From contig JAKURE010000001.1 in assembly GCA_022450005.1 (NCBI GenBank), positions 24,220 to 88,219 on the forward strand: a DNA stretch of 64,000 nucleotides, in the 5' to 3' direction. Below, piece by piece: positions 28,179 through 38,013 of the stretch (positions are counted from its first letter, which is position 1; every line of letters starts with the position of its first letter). Both the position numbers and the translations under genes were made by a program. The notes below the pieces were generated by a model that did not search any database, had not been told where the DNA came from, and saw only the letters and a list, made by a program, of their open reading frames with translations. Source of the stretch: Halobacteriales archaeon (GTDB taxonomy: Archaea > Halobacteriota > Halobacteria > Halobacteriales > Hikarchaeaceae).

Positions 28179-29300
28179 TCATGGAACTATCACTTGTCTT
28201 ATCTCTGCCCCATTCTCTAGCTGGTGCATCGCTTCGTTTATGTTGTCTAGAGGCAGCGAACTGGTGATCAACTCTTCAAGTGATAATTTTCCTTCAACAA
28301 CAAGATCGGCCAACATTGGAATCGCGATGGGTAGATTGTACGATCCATTAAATGCTCCTATAATCCGTTTTTCATTCTTCACCATTTCTCTGAGGTTTAT
28401 AGATACTTCATTAACTGGAGTAGATGGAGTCCCCACCAATACTGCTGTTCCTGATACTGCCAATGATTCAACGGCTTGTTCGAATACCCTTGGGTGCCCA
28501 ACCATATCAAAAGTATAATCTGCCCCTCCTCCTGTTATTTCCCGGATTCGCTCTACCGGATCTTCTTCCATAGAATTAATTGTACTAGTCGCACCCATTT
28601 TCAAAGCAATATCAAATTTACTAGGAACTACATCTACCACAATTATTTCAGTGGCACCCCTCAAAACTGCACCTTGAACCCCACTAAGTCCCACTCCTCC
28701 TGCTCCAAATATCACCACAGAAGATCCTGGTTCTATATTTGCTGCATTTGCCACAGCCCCCACTCCTGTAAAAATACCACAACCTAGTAACGTTGCCTGT
28801 TCAAGTGGAATTTTCTTATTGACTTTTATCGCAACCTCTTGTGTCACATTGGTATACTCCGTAAACGACGAAACCCCATGATAATGATAATATGGGTCCC
28901 CATTACTCCCTGTAAAACTCGTATCCCCTGTTCTTAGTGTTCCCTTCGATTGTCTTCTACTTAAACATAAATTAGATTTCCCCATTCTACATCGTATACA
29001 TTTCCCACATGCTATTCTCCCAAGAACTACATGGTCTCCCACTTCTAATGTTGTTACTTCATCACCAATTGCAGCAACAACTCCTGCACCTTCATGGCCC
29101 AAAACTACTGGTTTCGGTTCTCCAGTTTCTCCCACAACACAAGAAACATCCGTATGACATAAACTCGCAGCTTCAATTTTAACGAGAACTTCTTCCCCTA
29201 TTGGTTCCGAAACCTCAACCATTTCTATTTTTGCAGGCAAATCTCCTAAAAAATCATGATTTTTCGTAGGCTCGTGTAATACTGCCGCTTTTGATTCCAT
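28179..29300 (-). CDS. Zinc-dependent alcohol dehydrogenase (MDR family, class III-like)
   Basis: ASLCHTDV, GHEGAGVV, a structural-zinc Cys cluster (CGKCIRCRMGKSNLC) and a Rossmann motif VIFGAGGVGLSG. Confidence 0.85.
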   Translation of the reverse strand: MESKAAVLHEPTKNHDFLGDLPAKIEMVEVSEPIGEEVLVKIEAASLCHTDVSCVVGETGEPKPVVLGHEGAGVVAAIGDEVTTLEVGDHVVLGRIACGKCIRCRMGKSNLCLSRRQSKGTLRTGDTSFTGSNGDPYYHYHGVSSFTEYTNVTQEVAIKVNKKIPLEQATLLGCGIFTGVGAVANAANIEPGSSVVIFGAGGVGLSGVQGAVLRGATEIIVVDVVPSKFDIALKMGATSTINSMEEDPVERIREITGGGADYTFDMVGHPRVFEQAVESLAVSGTAVLVGTPSTPVNEVSINLREMVKNEKRIIGAFNGSYNLPIAIPMLADLVVEGKLSLEELITSSLPLDNINEAMHQLENGAEIRQVIVP

Positions 29301-29410
29301 ATGGCCCTTAGCCTTCGCTAAACAATATATCTTTTTAGAATTTACCCCTCCCCTTTTGGCCTTCCCACTCGAAAATATTTTGCCCCCCCGTTGTCAGACA
29401 CAAACGTAGA

Positions 29411-30334
29411 ATGAATCAAAATAGGGAAACAAACGATCTCCTCATGTATTTCGATGGGGATTATCTCCCCGAGTCCCAGCCCATTTTCGGTGTATCGGAT
29501 ACTGCACAAATGTGGGGCTATAGCGTTAGTGACACAATCCGAACCTTTGGGAAAAAATTACATGGGACCTCCGACCATGTATCTCGTCTCTTGAATTCAT
29601 GCTCTGAGGCGAATATGGAATTTGATATCTCTTCCACCGATATCCAAAATATCTTGTTACATTTAGTAGAAAAAAACACTCCCTTAGTATCCCCCGAAGA
29701 CGAATTTTTAATTATTACTTATATCATTGGAAATTGGAGTTTCAATCCCTCTAAGGCTGGTGATTATCCCCCATCTCGTTTGCTCATCCATTGCTCTAAA
29801 ATTAATTTCACAGAACACGCCAAGTTCTTTATTGAGGGTCAAAAAGTAAGAACTTCTATTACCAAACAAATCCCTTCTGAATCTATTTCCTCAACGATCA
29901 AACACCGATCTAGAATGCATTTCGTCATAGCGGATAAAGAAGTCAAATCTATCGATCCAGATGCATCACCTTTGCTCCTAGACTATGATGAACATATTTC
30001 CGAAAGTATCTATGCAAATTTTTTCATAGTCAAGGACAACACCATCCAAACACCCCCTCTACAAAATATCTTACCTGGTATAACCAGAAAAAAAATCATC
30101 AATTTGGCCAAGAAAATGGGACTAAAAGTAGAGGAAAAAAATTTAACACTAGAAGAAATCCACTCCGCAGAAGAAGCCTTTTTTACTTCCACTTCTAGAA
30201 TAATCACTCCCATTTCTTCCATTGATGGAATTTCCATAGGAACTGTCATTCCTGGAAATATGACTCAAAAATTACTCACAGAATATGGTAAGAATGTCGG
30301 TGTGGACATTGTGGCCCAGTTCTTAAGAAAATAA
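29411..30334 (+). CDS. Aminotransferase class IV family protein (BCAT / ADC-lyase-like)
   Basis: The fold-type IV pattern is weak but visible (GITRKKIINLAKKMGLKVEEKNLTLEEIHSAEEAFFTSTSRIITPISSIDG). Confidence 0.5.
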   Translation: MNQNRETNDLLMYFDGDYLPESQPIFGVSDTAQMWGYSVSDTIRTFGKKLHGTSDHVSRLLNSCSEANMEFDISSTDIQNILLHLVEKNTPLVSPEDEFLIITYIIGNWSFNPSKAGDYPPSRLLIHCSKINFTEHAKFFIEGQKVRTSITKQIPSESISSTIKHRSRMHFVIADKEVKSIDPDASPLLLDYDEHISESIYANFFIVKDNTIQTPPLQNILPGITRKKIINLAKKMGLKVEEKNLTLEEIHSAEEAFFTSTSRIITPISSIDGISIGTVIPGNMTQKLLTEYGKNVGVDIVAQFLRK

Positions 30335-30349
30335 ATTAATCTCTCTAAA

Positions 30350-31255
30350 TCATGGCATTGAAGAGAGCAAAACCACACCTGCTATTATCAACAAAGTCCC
30401 TATTACAAACCCCTTTGTTATTCTTTCAACCTTCTTCAACACACTTGCGGCAATTATCACTGTGAACAAAGGCCCCGTTCCTAGTATCGGATCTGCAACA
30501 GAAACTGGACCTCTAATCAACGCCTCGTAAAGAGTCAACATTGCCAGGAAAACCCCCACACCACTTAATCCAAAATTTCGATAACTTTCTCTATTCCCCG
30601 CTGCCAGTTCTCTGCCCTTTCCTATCACTACTCCGTATACTCCTACTACAACTAACGCCGCAAGATCATTAATAGCGAGGGCCTGAATGGCGGTAATCGC
30701 AGCGTCTTCCATAAACCCAAATTTTCTTATTACATTCCCTGCAGCAAACGCCACCGCTGCAAAAAGAGGAAATACTATGTCACTTCTTTTCCAACCCGAA
30801 ATGTTCCCACTCTTGGATCTTGTTATGAATACAACACCCATCACTATTGAAATCACACCAATCATCCCTGACACCGTCATATTTTCTCCAAGCCACACAA
30901 CTGCTAACAACACCGCAAAAAGAGGACGGGAATTAGTAATGGTTGCACAAATACTGGCCCCCATCCGATCTATTCCTCTATAATAACTCAGTTGACCCAT
31001 CGCTGCTGCAACCACCCCTGCACAAACAAAAAGCAATATTATGGGAAGCGAAATACCTTCAAGCATATTTTTCCCGTTTGAAATAACTATTAATGCGCCC
31101 CAAGCAAGTCCTGTTCGGACCACAAGAGTTTGAAATGTATTTTGAATCCAATTCCCTCCGCTCTCTAGACCACGTTTGGCAAATATTGGGTCAATCCCTC
31201 TAAAAAAAGCACATAAAATCGCAAGAATATAAAATTCAATAGAGAGCAATACCAT
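30350..31255 (-). CDS. EamA/DMT-family transporter
   Basis: About 10 TM helices arranged as two EamA-like halves. Confidence 0.7.
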   Translation of the reverse strand: MVLLSIEFYILAILCAFFRGIDPIFAKRGLESGGNWIQNTFQTLVVRTGLAWGALIVISNGKNMLEGISLPIILLFVCAGVVAAAMGQLSYYRGIDRMGASICATITNSRPLFAVLLAVVWLGENMTVSGMIGVISIVMGVVFITRSKSGNISGWKRSDIVFPLFAAVAFAAGNVIRKFGFMEDAAITAIQALAINDLAALVVVGVYGVVIGKGRELAAGNRESYRNFGLSGVGVFLAMLTLYEALIRGPVSVADPILGTGPLFTVIIAASVLKKVERITKGFVIGTLLIIAGVVLLSSMP

Positions 31256-31309
31256 TCGATACCATCCAGAGACAGCCTTTCAGTATAGACGTACCGATGT
31301 AGTATTTTT

Positions 31310-33370
31310 TCACTCCACCATTGCACTATTTCCCGCTGGTATCAGTTGAGAGATATCATCTGGACCTGTGATTTTTCTAACAAACGTCCCATCGTGAAAA
31401 CTTTCACAGAAATAACGATATATCTTTTTAGCAATATCTTCCCGTGAAAACTTACCTGGCTCAATCTCCACTGATATAACCGATTTTGGAACTACGACAG
31501 AAGGTGGACCTCCTATCACCCTAGTTTCTGGGACGCATGTGACTCCTACTGCAAAACCAATTTCCATGTTTCTAAAGTAAGTCCGCTTCCCTCGAATAAC
31601 AAAAGATCCTTTAGTCAAATATTCTCCACTTTCTGGGGTTTTGCTAATCTGATCTTTGGTAATCATATATACATCATCTGTCCGCCTACCCTCTTTCCAC
31701 ACAGATGAACATGATAAAGCAAATCTAGCAGCCTCAAGAAGGTCTTTTTCTGGTATTTCTATTTCCTTTGGAGATTCCCCCGGTTCCGAAGCCTTCAAAA
31801 TAGTAATAGGGGCCCCCGGATTTTGTGTGTGGAATATTTTATCTCCTTTGGATATGTACTTTTTTACTAGCTCCTCATTTTGATCTGCATTCCTCCCACT
31901 TATGATCAAAAAACCACCCGAACTCCTAAACCAACGAAATCGATCAAACCAATATTTAGACTTTTTTATTGGTATGGATGCCCGAGATAACCAATTATCT
32001 TGCATTTTTATTTTTTCGCCATCAATTCCCTTCGACCCACTCTCAATTCTATTATTTTTTGCTTTCTCGAGTTCTTTGTTAATCTCCGAAATAGCATTTC
32101 TTGCCCCTGCATATTTTCCCTCAACTTTTTTCGCGAGATTGTAGTTCAAATTGGCGTTCTGTTCAATGCTTTTCCATGGGTCAAGAACAATTTGAATCCC
32201 TTCAATTTGAACTTCTATTATTTTTTCCACCTGATTTATCCTCATCAATTCCACAATTTCGGATTTCCCTGATTCTTTCAGTCTCTCATCAATCTGTTCA
32301 AATTGCTCTCCCCGTTCCAAACACAAACGGACCTCTTCAATTACTTCTTCCACAACACTATAATTTGAATACAAAAGTTCTACACCTTCTCTAATCAATC
32401 GAGCATCTTGTGAAAATTGCTTCAGAGCATTTTTTTGGGATACTAAAATCCGTTCATATTTATTTAGTATTTCTTCTTCGATTTCTTCACTTCCATCTGA
32501 AATTTCCAATTTCCCATTTGAAAAATAATTGCCCACTGCAGAATTAAATGTGTCAAATTCATTGAAATCTAAATGTTCATACAATGCTAGCGAAAATGGA
32601 GTGACATCTATCTCTGACCCATCTTCATAATATATTCTTGGCTGAATTTTTCCCTTTCTTATTTTTCCATCTAATTTAATTATTTCTTCGTAGATCCTCT
32701 CATACTCTGGCTGAGTCACCGACGAAATCAGACATTGTTTATCGACCGACGAACGAAGACAAAGCTCTTCTGCATATGTTCCCCCAAAATTTATCTGGGT
32801 TGCGAGGCTTCTAACCACATCCGACCCAGAATCATTCATTAATCCCACAAATGAGTCATAATCTAGTGAGAATGGATCAGTTCTGGAAGGGGGGAATTCA
32901 AAATCTCGCCCTGAAGCAACCGTTCGGGAATGGAGTCTCACTGTTCTTAGGCAAGCGTGTACTTTGCCGTCCGCTCCCACAATTGACAAATTCCCATCTC
33001 CAAATAATTCTGCAACAATCAGTGTCTCACTTCCCCCTCCTTCAAAAATAATTTTTACAACCCGATCAAACCCATACTGCTCAATTCCCTTCAAACGCTT
33101 CCCCCTCAATTTACTCCTCAACTTCATAGCAAAATCTGCAACTTTATCAGGTGCATTTGGGACATTTTCTACTTCGGCAAAATGGATGTTTTTCATATTT
33201 CCAATCCCTACCAATAGCTCATCTCTCCCCACTCCTGGCCTTCGCATTCTAAACCGTACTAATTCTTTTCCATAACAGTATGACTTATCGAAAATAGATC
33301 CTTTATATGTCTCAAATTCCTGTACAAGAGATCGGATATCCACACCCGATATCTCCTGTTTTGGATCCAT
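31310..33370 (-). CDS. NFACT-family ribosome quality control protein (RqcH/NEMF homologue; FbpA-N plus DUF814)
   Basis: NFACT-N-like N-terminus, a long coiled-coil middle region, and a C-terminal FLIISGRNADQNEELVKKY...FHTQNPGAPITIL (DUF814/NFACT-R pattern). Confidence 0.75.
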   Translation of the reverse strand: MDPKQEISGVDIRSLVQEFETYKGSIFDKSYCYGKELVRFRMRRPGVGRDELLVGIGNMKNIHFAEVENVPNAPDKVADFAMKLRSKLRGKRLKGIEQYGFDRVVKIIFEGGGSETLIVAELFGDGNLSIVGADGKVHACLRTVRLHSRTVASGRDFEFPPSRTDPFSLDYDSFVGLMNDSGSDVVRSLATQINFGGTYAEELCLRSSVDKQCLISSVTQPEYERIYEEIIKLDGKIRKGKIQPRIYYEDGSEIDVTPFSLALYEHLDFNEFDTFNSAVGNYFSNGKLEISDGSEEIEEEILNKYERILVSQKNALKQFSQDARLIREGVELLYSNYSVVEEVIEEVRLCLERGEQFEQIDERLKESGKSEIVELMRINQVEKIIEVQIEGIQIVLDPWKSIEQNANLNYNLAKKVEGKYAGARNAISEINKELEKAKNNRIESGSKGIDGEKIKMQDNWLSRASIPIKKSKYWFDRFRWFRSSGGFLIISGRNADQNEELVKKYISKGDKIFHTQNPGAPITILKASEPGESPKEIEIPEKDLLEAARFALSCSSVWKEGRRTDDVYMITKDQISKTPESGEYLTKGSFVIRGKRTYFRNMEIGFAVGVTCVPETRVIGGPPSVVVPKSVISVEIEPGKFSREDIAKKIYRYFCESFHDGTFVRKITGPDDISQLIPAGNSAMVE

Positions 33371-33442
33371 AACCTCTTTCGGAGATTAACAAAGAAATCC
33401 CTATCGTTGTGCTCAAAGTTCCACGTAACTTCTAATATTTTT

Positions 33443-35113
33443 TTAACATAACCATTTAGAGACGTATGGTCCATCTTGATAATACCCCAATTTTTGTTTG
33501 TAGTATTCTCTCGCTCCAATACCTGCCAGAACTGCAATTTTTTTATAACCAGCATCCACCGTCATCTCTTCAGCCCTTTCCATCAGTGCTCTCCCGTGCC
33601 CTTTGTGTTGGAATCCATCCTGCCATTCTCCCGGGCCTATTTCCTCCCCCCGTTCTACAAGACCCATCTCATTCCCGTACACTTTGAGCTCCCGCAAAAT
33701 GCTTGCATCTTTCAATTCTACCCGTGCAGGTGTTTCTGAAAACCTCAAACGGCAAAAACCAACTAGAATGTCTTGGTCAAAATCTTCTATACTAATAAAA
33801 TTCTCAATCCCCCCTGCAGCTTCATATTCCAATACATCCATTTCAAGATTTTGAGGCACCTTTGAATTCAATCCGGCTTCCCTGCACCGAATACACTTAC
33901 AAGATTTCCCCATCGTTTTTAGATGTTCTATTGCCAATTGACGAAGGTTAGATTTCCACACTCCTGCTTCAATAAAATTAGCCGGAATATCTCGTTGAAC
34001 TCTTTGTAATCTAACATACCTAGGAATCATTGCTTTTACCTCTGCAACTAGCTTTGCAGCCTGTTCATTGTCCAGTGGATCGTATTCTTTTCTTTTCCAC
34101 ATATCATATGTTCGCGTACCTTTGACCACTAAAGTAGGATATATCTTCAAATAATCTGGTTTCCATATGGGATCTGAAAACAATCGACGAAAATCCTCTA
34201 CACCCATGTCATAAGACATCCCCGGTTGCCCTGGCATCATATGAAATCCAACTTTAAAACCAGAATCTCTTAATCTCTGATTTGATTCTACACTCTCAAT
34301 AGTACCATGTCCCCTGTGCATCGCATGATTAATATGCTCGAAGGTGGTTTGAACTCCCAATTCAACTTTAGTTCCCCCTAGACGGAGCATACGATCAATT
34401 TGTTCGTGATTGCACCAATCTGGTTTGGTCTCAAATGTCATCGCAATGCATCTAATATCTGCAGTTTCGTTCACTGAAATCACGTCTTCAAGATACTTGA
34501 ATTGAGGATTTTCCTGCACAAATATCCTACCATCCCCCAATGATGGTGCTATCGATAAATCGTAATCATTCATGGCTTCGAGAGCTCGACGAACAAACCA
34601 CTCTTGATAGTCTGCCGATCTAGCTGTCATGGTTCCCCCCATAAGAATTAATTCCGCCTTGTCTACTGGATGGCCAATTTCTCTAAATTGTTCTAGTCGA
34701 AGAGTAACTTGACCGTATGGATCATAGTCAGTTTGTTTCCCCCGCGCGGCTGCAGGTTCATATCCTGTATAGCTTTGCGGAGACGAAAATTCCGATGCGG
34801 GTCCTCCTGGACAGAATAGACACTTTCCATGCGGGCACATATGTGGGGATGTCATAATCGCAACTGGGGTTACCCCCGATGCAGTTCGAACTGGTTTCCG
34901 GCGCAAAACTTGTTCCAGCTTCCCTCGTATTTCTGAAGGCGCGTAATCTAAAATTTCAGTATTTTTTGGAACTTTTGGGGATGAATACGTCGCACAGACC
35001 TCCATTTTTACCTCTTCGACTTGATCCACACTAAGCTGGCCATCTAAAATACGCTCTATTATTTCTTCACAAGTTTTAGAAAATGCATCTGTTTCAGTGA
35101 CCTGCGTACTCAT
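33443..35113 (-). CDS. elp3: Elp3-type tRNA uridine(34) modification radical-SAM/GNAT enzyme
   Basis: PHGKCLFCPGG radical-SAM cluster region and a C-terminal GNAT domain (HKGHGRALMERAE). The length of 556 aa is typical of archaeal Elp3. Confidence 0.9.
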   Translation of the reverse strand: MSTQVTETDAFSKTCEEIIERILDGQLSVDQVEEVKMEVCATYSSPKVPKNTEILDYAPSEIRGKLEQVLRRKPVRTASGVTPVAIMTSPHMCPHGKCLFCPGGPASEFSSPQSYTGYEPAAARGKQTDYDPYGQVTLRLEQFREIGHPVDKAELILMGGTMTARSADYQEWFVRRALEAMNDYDLSIAPSLGDGRIFVQENPQFKYLEDVISVNETADIRCIAMTFETKPDWCNHEQIDRMLRLGGTKVELGVQTTFEHINHAMHRGHGTIESVESNQRLRDSGFKVGFHMMPGQPGMSYDMGVEDFRRLFSDPIWKPDYLKIYPTLVVKGTRTYDMWKRKEYDPLDNEQAAKLVAEVKAMIPRYVRLQRVQRDIPANFIEAGVWKSNLRQLAIEHLKTMGKSCKCIRCREAGLNSKVPQNLEMDVLEYEAAGGIENFISIEDFDQDILVGFCRLRFSETPARVELKDASILRELKVYGNEMGLVERGEEIGPGEWQDGFQHKGHGRALMERAEEMTVDAGYKKIAVLAGIGAREYYKQKLGYYQDGPYVSKWLC

Positions 35114-35156
35114 ATAATAGCTACTGAGTAGTGATGCAACAATTTAGCCTTCACTA

Positions 35157-37067
35157 CTATAGTTGCTTAACAATTGATTCTACCACTGCATCTAGAATCT
35201 CTTCTCGATCCCCTGAAACAAATGAAATTTTTCCACTTGATATGCCTCCTATATCCACACTACCATTTTTTGATGCTATCGATTTAATATCGTTTCCTAG
35301 CTCTTTTAGATCAATAATCCCTCTTGCTTCCACGTATATGCTGCTAGTATCACTTCCTACTACTGCCGCAACCTGTTCTTTTTCAATCAAACCTAGCAGG
35401 AGCAATTCAGTAGCGGGAAATTGATATCTATGTGTAAACTTATCCAGATCTATGGTTGCTATCTCTTTCCCATTTACTACCAACCGATCCAAATGCGGCG
35501 ACGCGGTCAAAATTCCTTTCTCCATACTCTCGACAAAATAACTATTACATTGTTCTATCAATTCTGTATTTTCTCCAAAGAGCATGTCTGAAATCATTTC
35601 TCTCTTGCTACTGTTTCTCTGGTAAAATGCTTCTACTGCAATTGCCCTGTGAATTTTCCCGATCATATCTAATTCATAGCCTGCTTCATTGGCTAGTTCC
35701 ATATATTTACCTGGAGCATTTTCCCAGTAACTTATCGCCGGAAGGTGAATAAGTTCATTTCTTCTCTCTGGATCTACCGCAACGGCAACCTCTGCACTCA
35801 ACGCAGTCAAAGTTTTGTCTCCACCTTGCTCTATAGACCTGATCAATATTTCTGCATAATCTTCTTTCTCCCCCTCTCCTATTCCACCCCCTCCTATGAT
35901 AATTCTACTAGATCCATAGATGCCTATTAGCTTCATCCCTTCGTATCTCTCCGAATCCTCGCTATCTGATATGAATATATACAAAGGAACTGGATCACTA
36001 TATCGTAACTGAGATTCTAGCATTCTAGAAGTATCTAAAATGGCAGCATTCATCTCTTGACCATTAGATTGATATGGGCGTCTATCGACGTGACGATGAA
36101 TTGCTTGTATTTGCCCATATTCTTCCTCCACTCGCCTTATGATCGAATGTTCAATAGTTGCACCTGCAATGTGCCCATCAACCGTTGCGGGATGTCTGAT
36201 GATTATCGGAATCGATTCTAAAATTGCCATTCGAATCTCTGTAGCTGCCTTTTCGACACTTGCAGAATCCACCAATCCTTCTTCTATTGATTCAAATTTA
36301 TCTGGTCGGGCCTTTTCATAAACCACTCGTGATATTTTCTCTAGAATCGCATCAGCATTTTCTCCACTGAGAGATCTAATCACATCAGATTCTACTTGAA
36401 TACTCCCCCTTCTTAGCTCAACTTTTCCTTCTATCTGCACGACTTCACCCACTTTTATATCTGGATAAACCCTCTTCCCTGGGGATTCAAAAGCCGAACA
36501 AATAGTCTTTCCAGATTCATCTTGTATTTCAAAAAGTGTTGGCCCTGTCGTTTGACGAATATCTGAAACCTTCCCTTCCATTTTTATATTGTTCCCTATT
36601 TCTTTTTCTAGCATTCCAATAGGTACTCCCGATCCACTTTTTCTCTCCCTTTTAACTTCCCAACTCGGCGTTTCTTCTCCTCTACTTTTATTTTTAGACT
36701 CTATGCCATCTCCGCCATCGACCAACGCCCCTCTGAATTCATTTTCATCTTGGCGAATTGACCACCCCAAATCAATCTTCCCTTTATCCTGAATCCCTTT
36801 CACTTTGACATAAACTACATCTCCAATTTCCCACCCTAAACTTTCTAGTCTCTGTTTCAACTCATTCCTATGCAACAACCCCGTCACTTTCCCATTCAGT
36901 TTTACAAACACACCAAAATCCGCAATTCCCTCAACTGCCCCTTGGTAATAACGCCCGAGAGTAAGTTGCTTCGAACTATTTCCTCCGAATTTAAAAAAGA
37001 CATCCTCAGCGTGAGTTGAACATATGCTCTCTTCTGCAGGAATGCCACAAATAATACAAGTATCCAT
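35157..37067 (-). CDS. Archaea-specific RecJ-like DHH phosphoesterase with Zn-finger, S1 and OB domains
   Basis: N-terminal CIICG...CSTH. An S1-like segment (GAVEGIADFGVFVKLNGKVTGLLH). An OB-fold segment (GPTLFEIQDESGKTICSAF...VELRRGSIQV). A DHH motif-I-like IIRHPATVDGHIAG. The architecture matches what I remember as the COG1107-type RecJ-like exonuclease. Confidence 0.6.
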   Translation of the reverse strand: MDTCIICGIPAEESICSTHAEDVFFKFGGNSSKQLTLGRYYQGAVEGIADFGVFVKLNGKVTGLLHRNELKQRLESLGWEIGDVVYVKVKGIQDKGKIDLGWSIRQDENEFRGALVDGGDGIESKNKSRGEETPSWEVKRERKSGSGVPIGMLEKEIGNNIKMEGKVSDIRQTTGPTLFEIQDESGKTICSAFESPGKRVYPDIKVGEVVQIEGKVELRRGSIQVESDVIRSLSGENADAILEKISRVVYEKARPDKFESIEEGLVDSASVEKAATEIRMAILESIPIIIRHPATVDGHIAGATIEHSIIRRVEEEYGQIQAIHRHVDRRPYQSNGQEMNAAILDTSRMLESQLRYSDPVPLYIFISDSEDSERYEGMKLIGIYGSSRIIIGGGGIGEGEKEDYAEILIRSIEQGGDKTLTALSAEVAVAVDPERRNELIHLPAISYWENAPGKYMELANEAGYELDMIGKIHRAIAVEAFYQRNSSKREMISDMLFGENTELIEQCNSYFVESMEKGILTASPHLDRLVVNGKEIATIDLDKFTHRYQFPATELLLLGLIEKEQVAAVVGSDTSSIYVEARGIIDLKELGNDIKSIASKNGSVDIGGISSGKISFVSGDREEILDAVVESIVKQL

Positions 37068-37141
37068 CTTTATGTTCTGTTATACGTTTATGGGGGGATA
37101 AAACGGTTTTTAGAACTTCACCAATCATTGCACCCTTGATT

Positions 37142-37384
37142 TTACAACAACGATTTTATTTTTTGCCCAATTTTGTCCCCCTCTTCTCCCGAAATCGCAA
37201 TTTCAACTCGGTTTCTTTCTTCATCTTCAAAACATAATTTAATTTGGTCCTTGCCAAATCTTCTTACCTCTGTCTCTTCTACATCAAAAAATTTCACTGA
37301 CGCTGACTTTTGCGGTCCGCCCACATTTTTAATTATACTATTTTTGATTTCTATTGAGAAATCTTCGATATTTATTACTATCAT
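37142..37384 (-). CDS. Hypothetical small protein
   Basis: 80-aa ORF with no recognisable motif. The opposite-strand ORF (37173-37391) looks less protein-like. Confidence 0.35.
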   Translation of the reverse strand: MIVINIEDFSIEIKNSIIKNVGGPQKSASVKFFDVEETEVRRFGKDQIKLCFEDEERNRVEIAISGEEGDKIGQKIKSLL

Positions 37385-37430
37385 GCACTAAAGTGATCTT
37401 TGATGACAATCGCTAATTAACCTATCTGGA

Positions 37431-37970
37431 CTATGCCAATAGACTATTTAGTGCCAATATACCTCTAAAAAGCCATCCGAAAACAATAATAGCTGGTATT
37501 ATGGAAATCAAAAATGCCATTCTCAAAGAAACATCATGCACTTCTTTCAATCCAATTATTAACAATATTGAGCCATATATTGCACACAAAACACGTAGTG
37601 ATGGAATTGCAAATCCTGCAAAGATACAGGGGGCAATGGAATACCCTATCACTTGAACAGTTGCCCCAATGCCCTTTCTATTTTTTGCCCCAATGCGCAA
37701 TAGCAACGTTTGAATCGCAGCCACAATGTGAAGTAGAATTGGAGTAACTATCAAAACTGCAACGCCCAAGGAGATTAAAAAATAGGCAACTGTCCAGGAG
37801 GTGTGTATAATGAGCCGAGATCCTTCTTCTATCATTACCACTGCCATTGCGAATATCAACCCCTCCGATTGCTTGCCGCTCTTGATTTTTTTCTCAAAAA
37901 ACCATTTAGGATGGCTCATAATCGCAATCCAGTTTCTAACCCATTCTTGTGGCAATTCAAATAGAGTCAA
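37431..37970 (-). CDS. Yip1-like multi-TM membrane protein
   Basis: Short soluble N-terminus followed by about 5 TM helices. The family assignment is tentative. Confidence 0.45.
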   Translation of the reverse strand: MTLFELPQEWVRNWIAIMSHPKWFFEKKIKSGKQSEGLIFAMAVVMIEEGSRLIIHTSWTVAYFLISLGVAVLIVTPILLHIVAAIQTLLLRIGAKNRKGIGATVQVIGYSIAPCIFAGFAIPSLRVLCAIYGSILLIIGLKEVHDVSLRMAFLISIIPAIIVFGWLFRGILALNSLLA

Positions 37971-38013
37971 TGTTCATCTTATAGCTCTCCCACAACTTAG
38001 TTTAAAAAAATTT

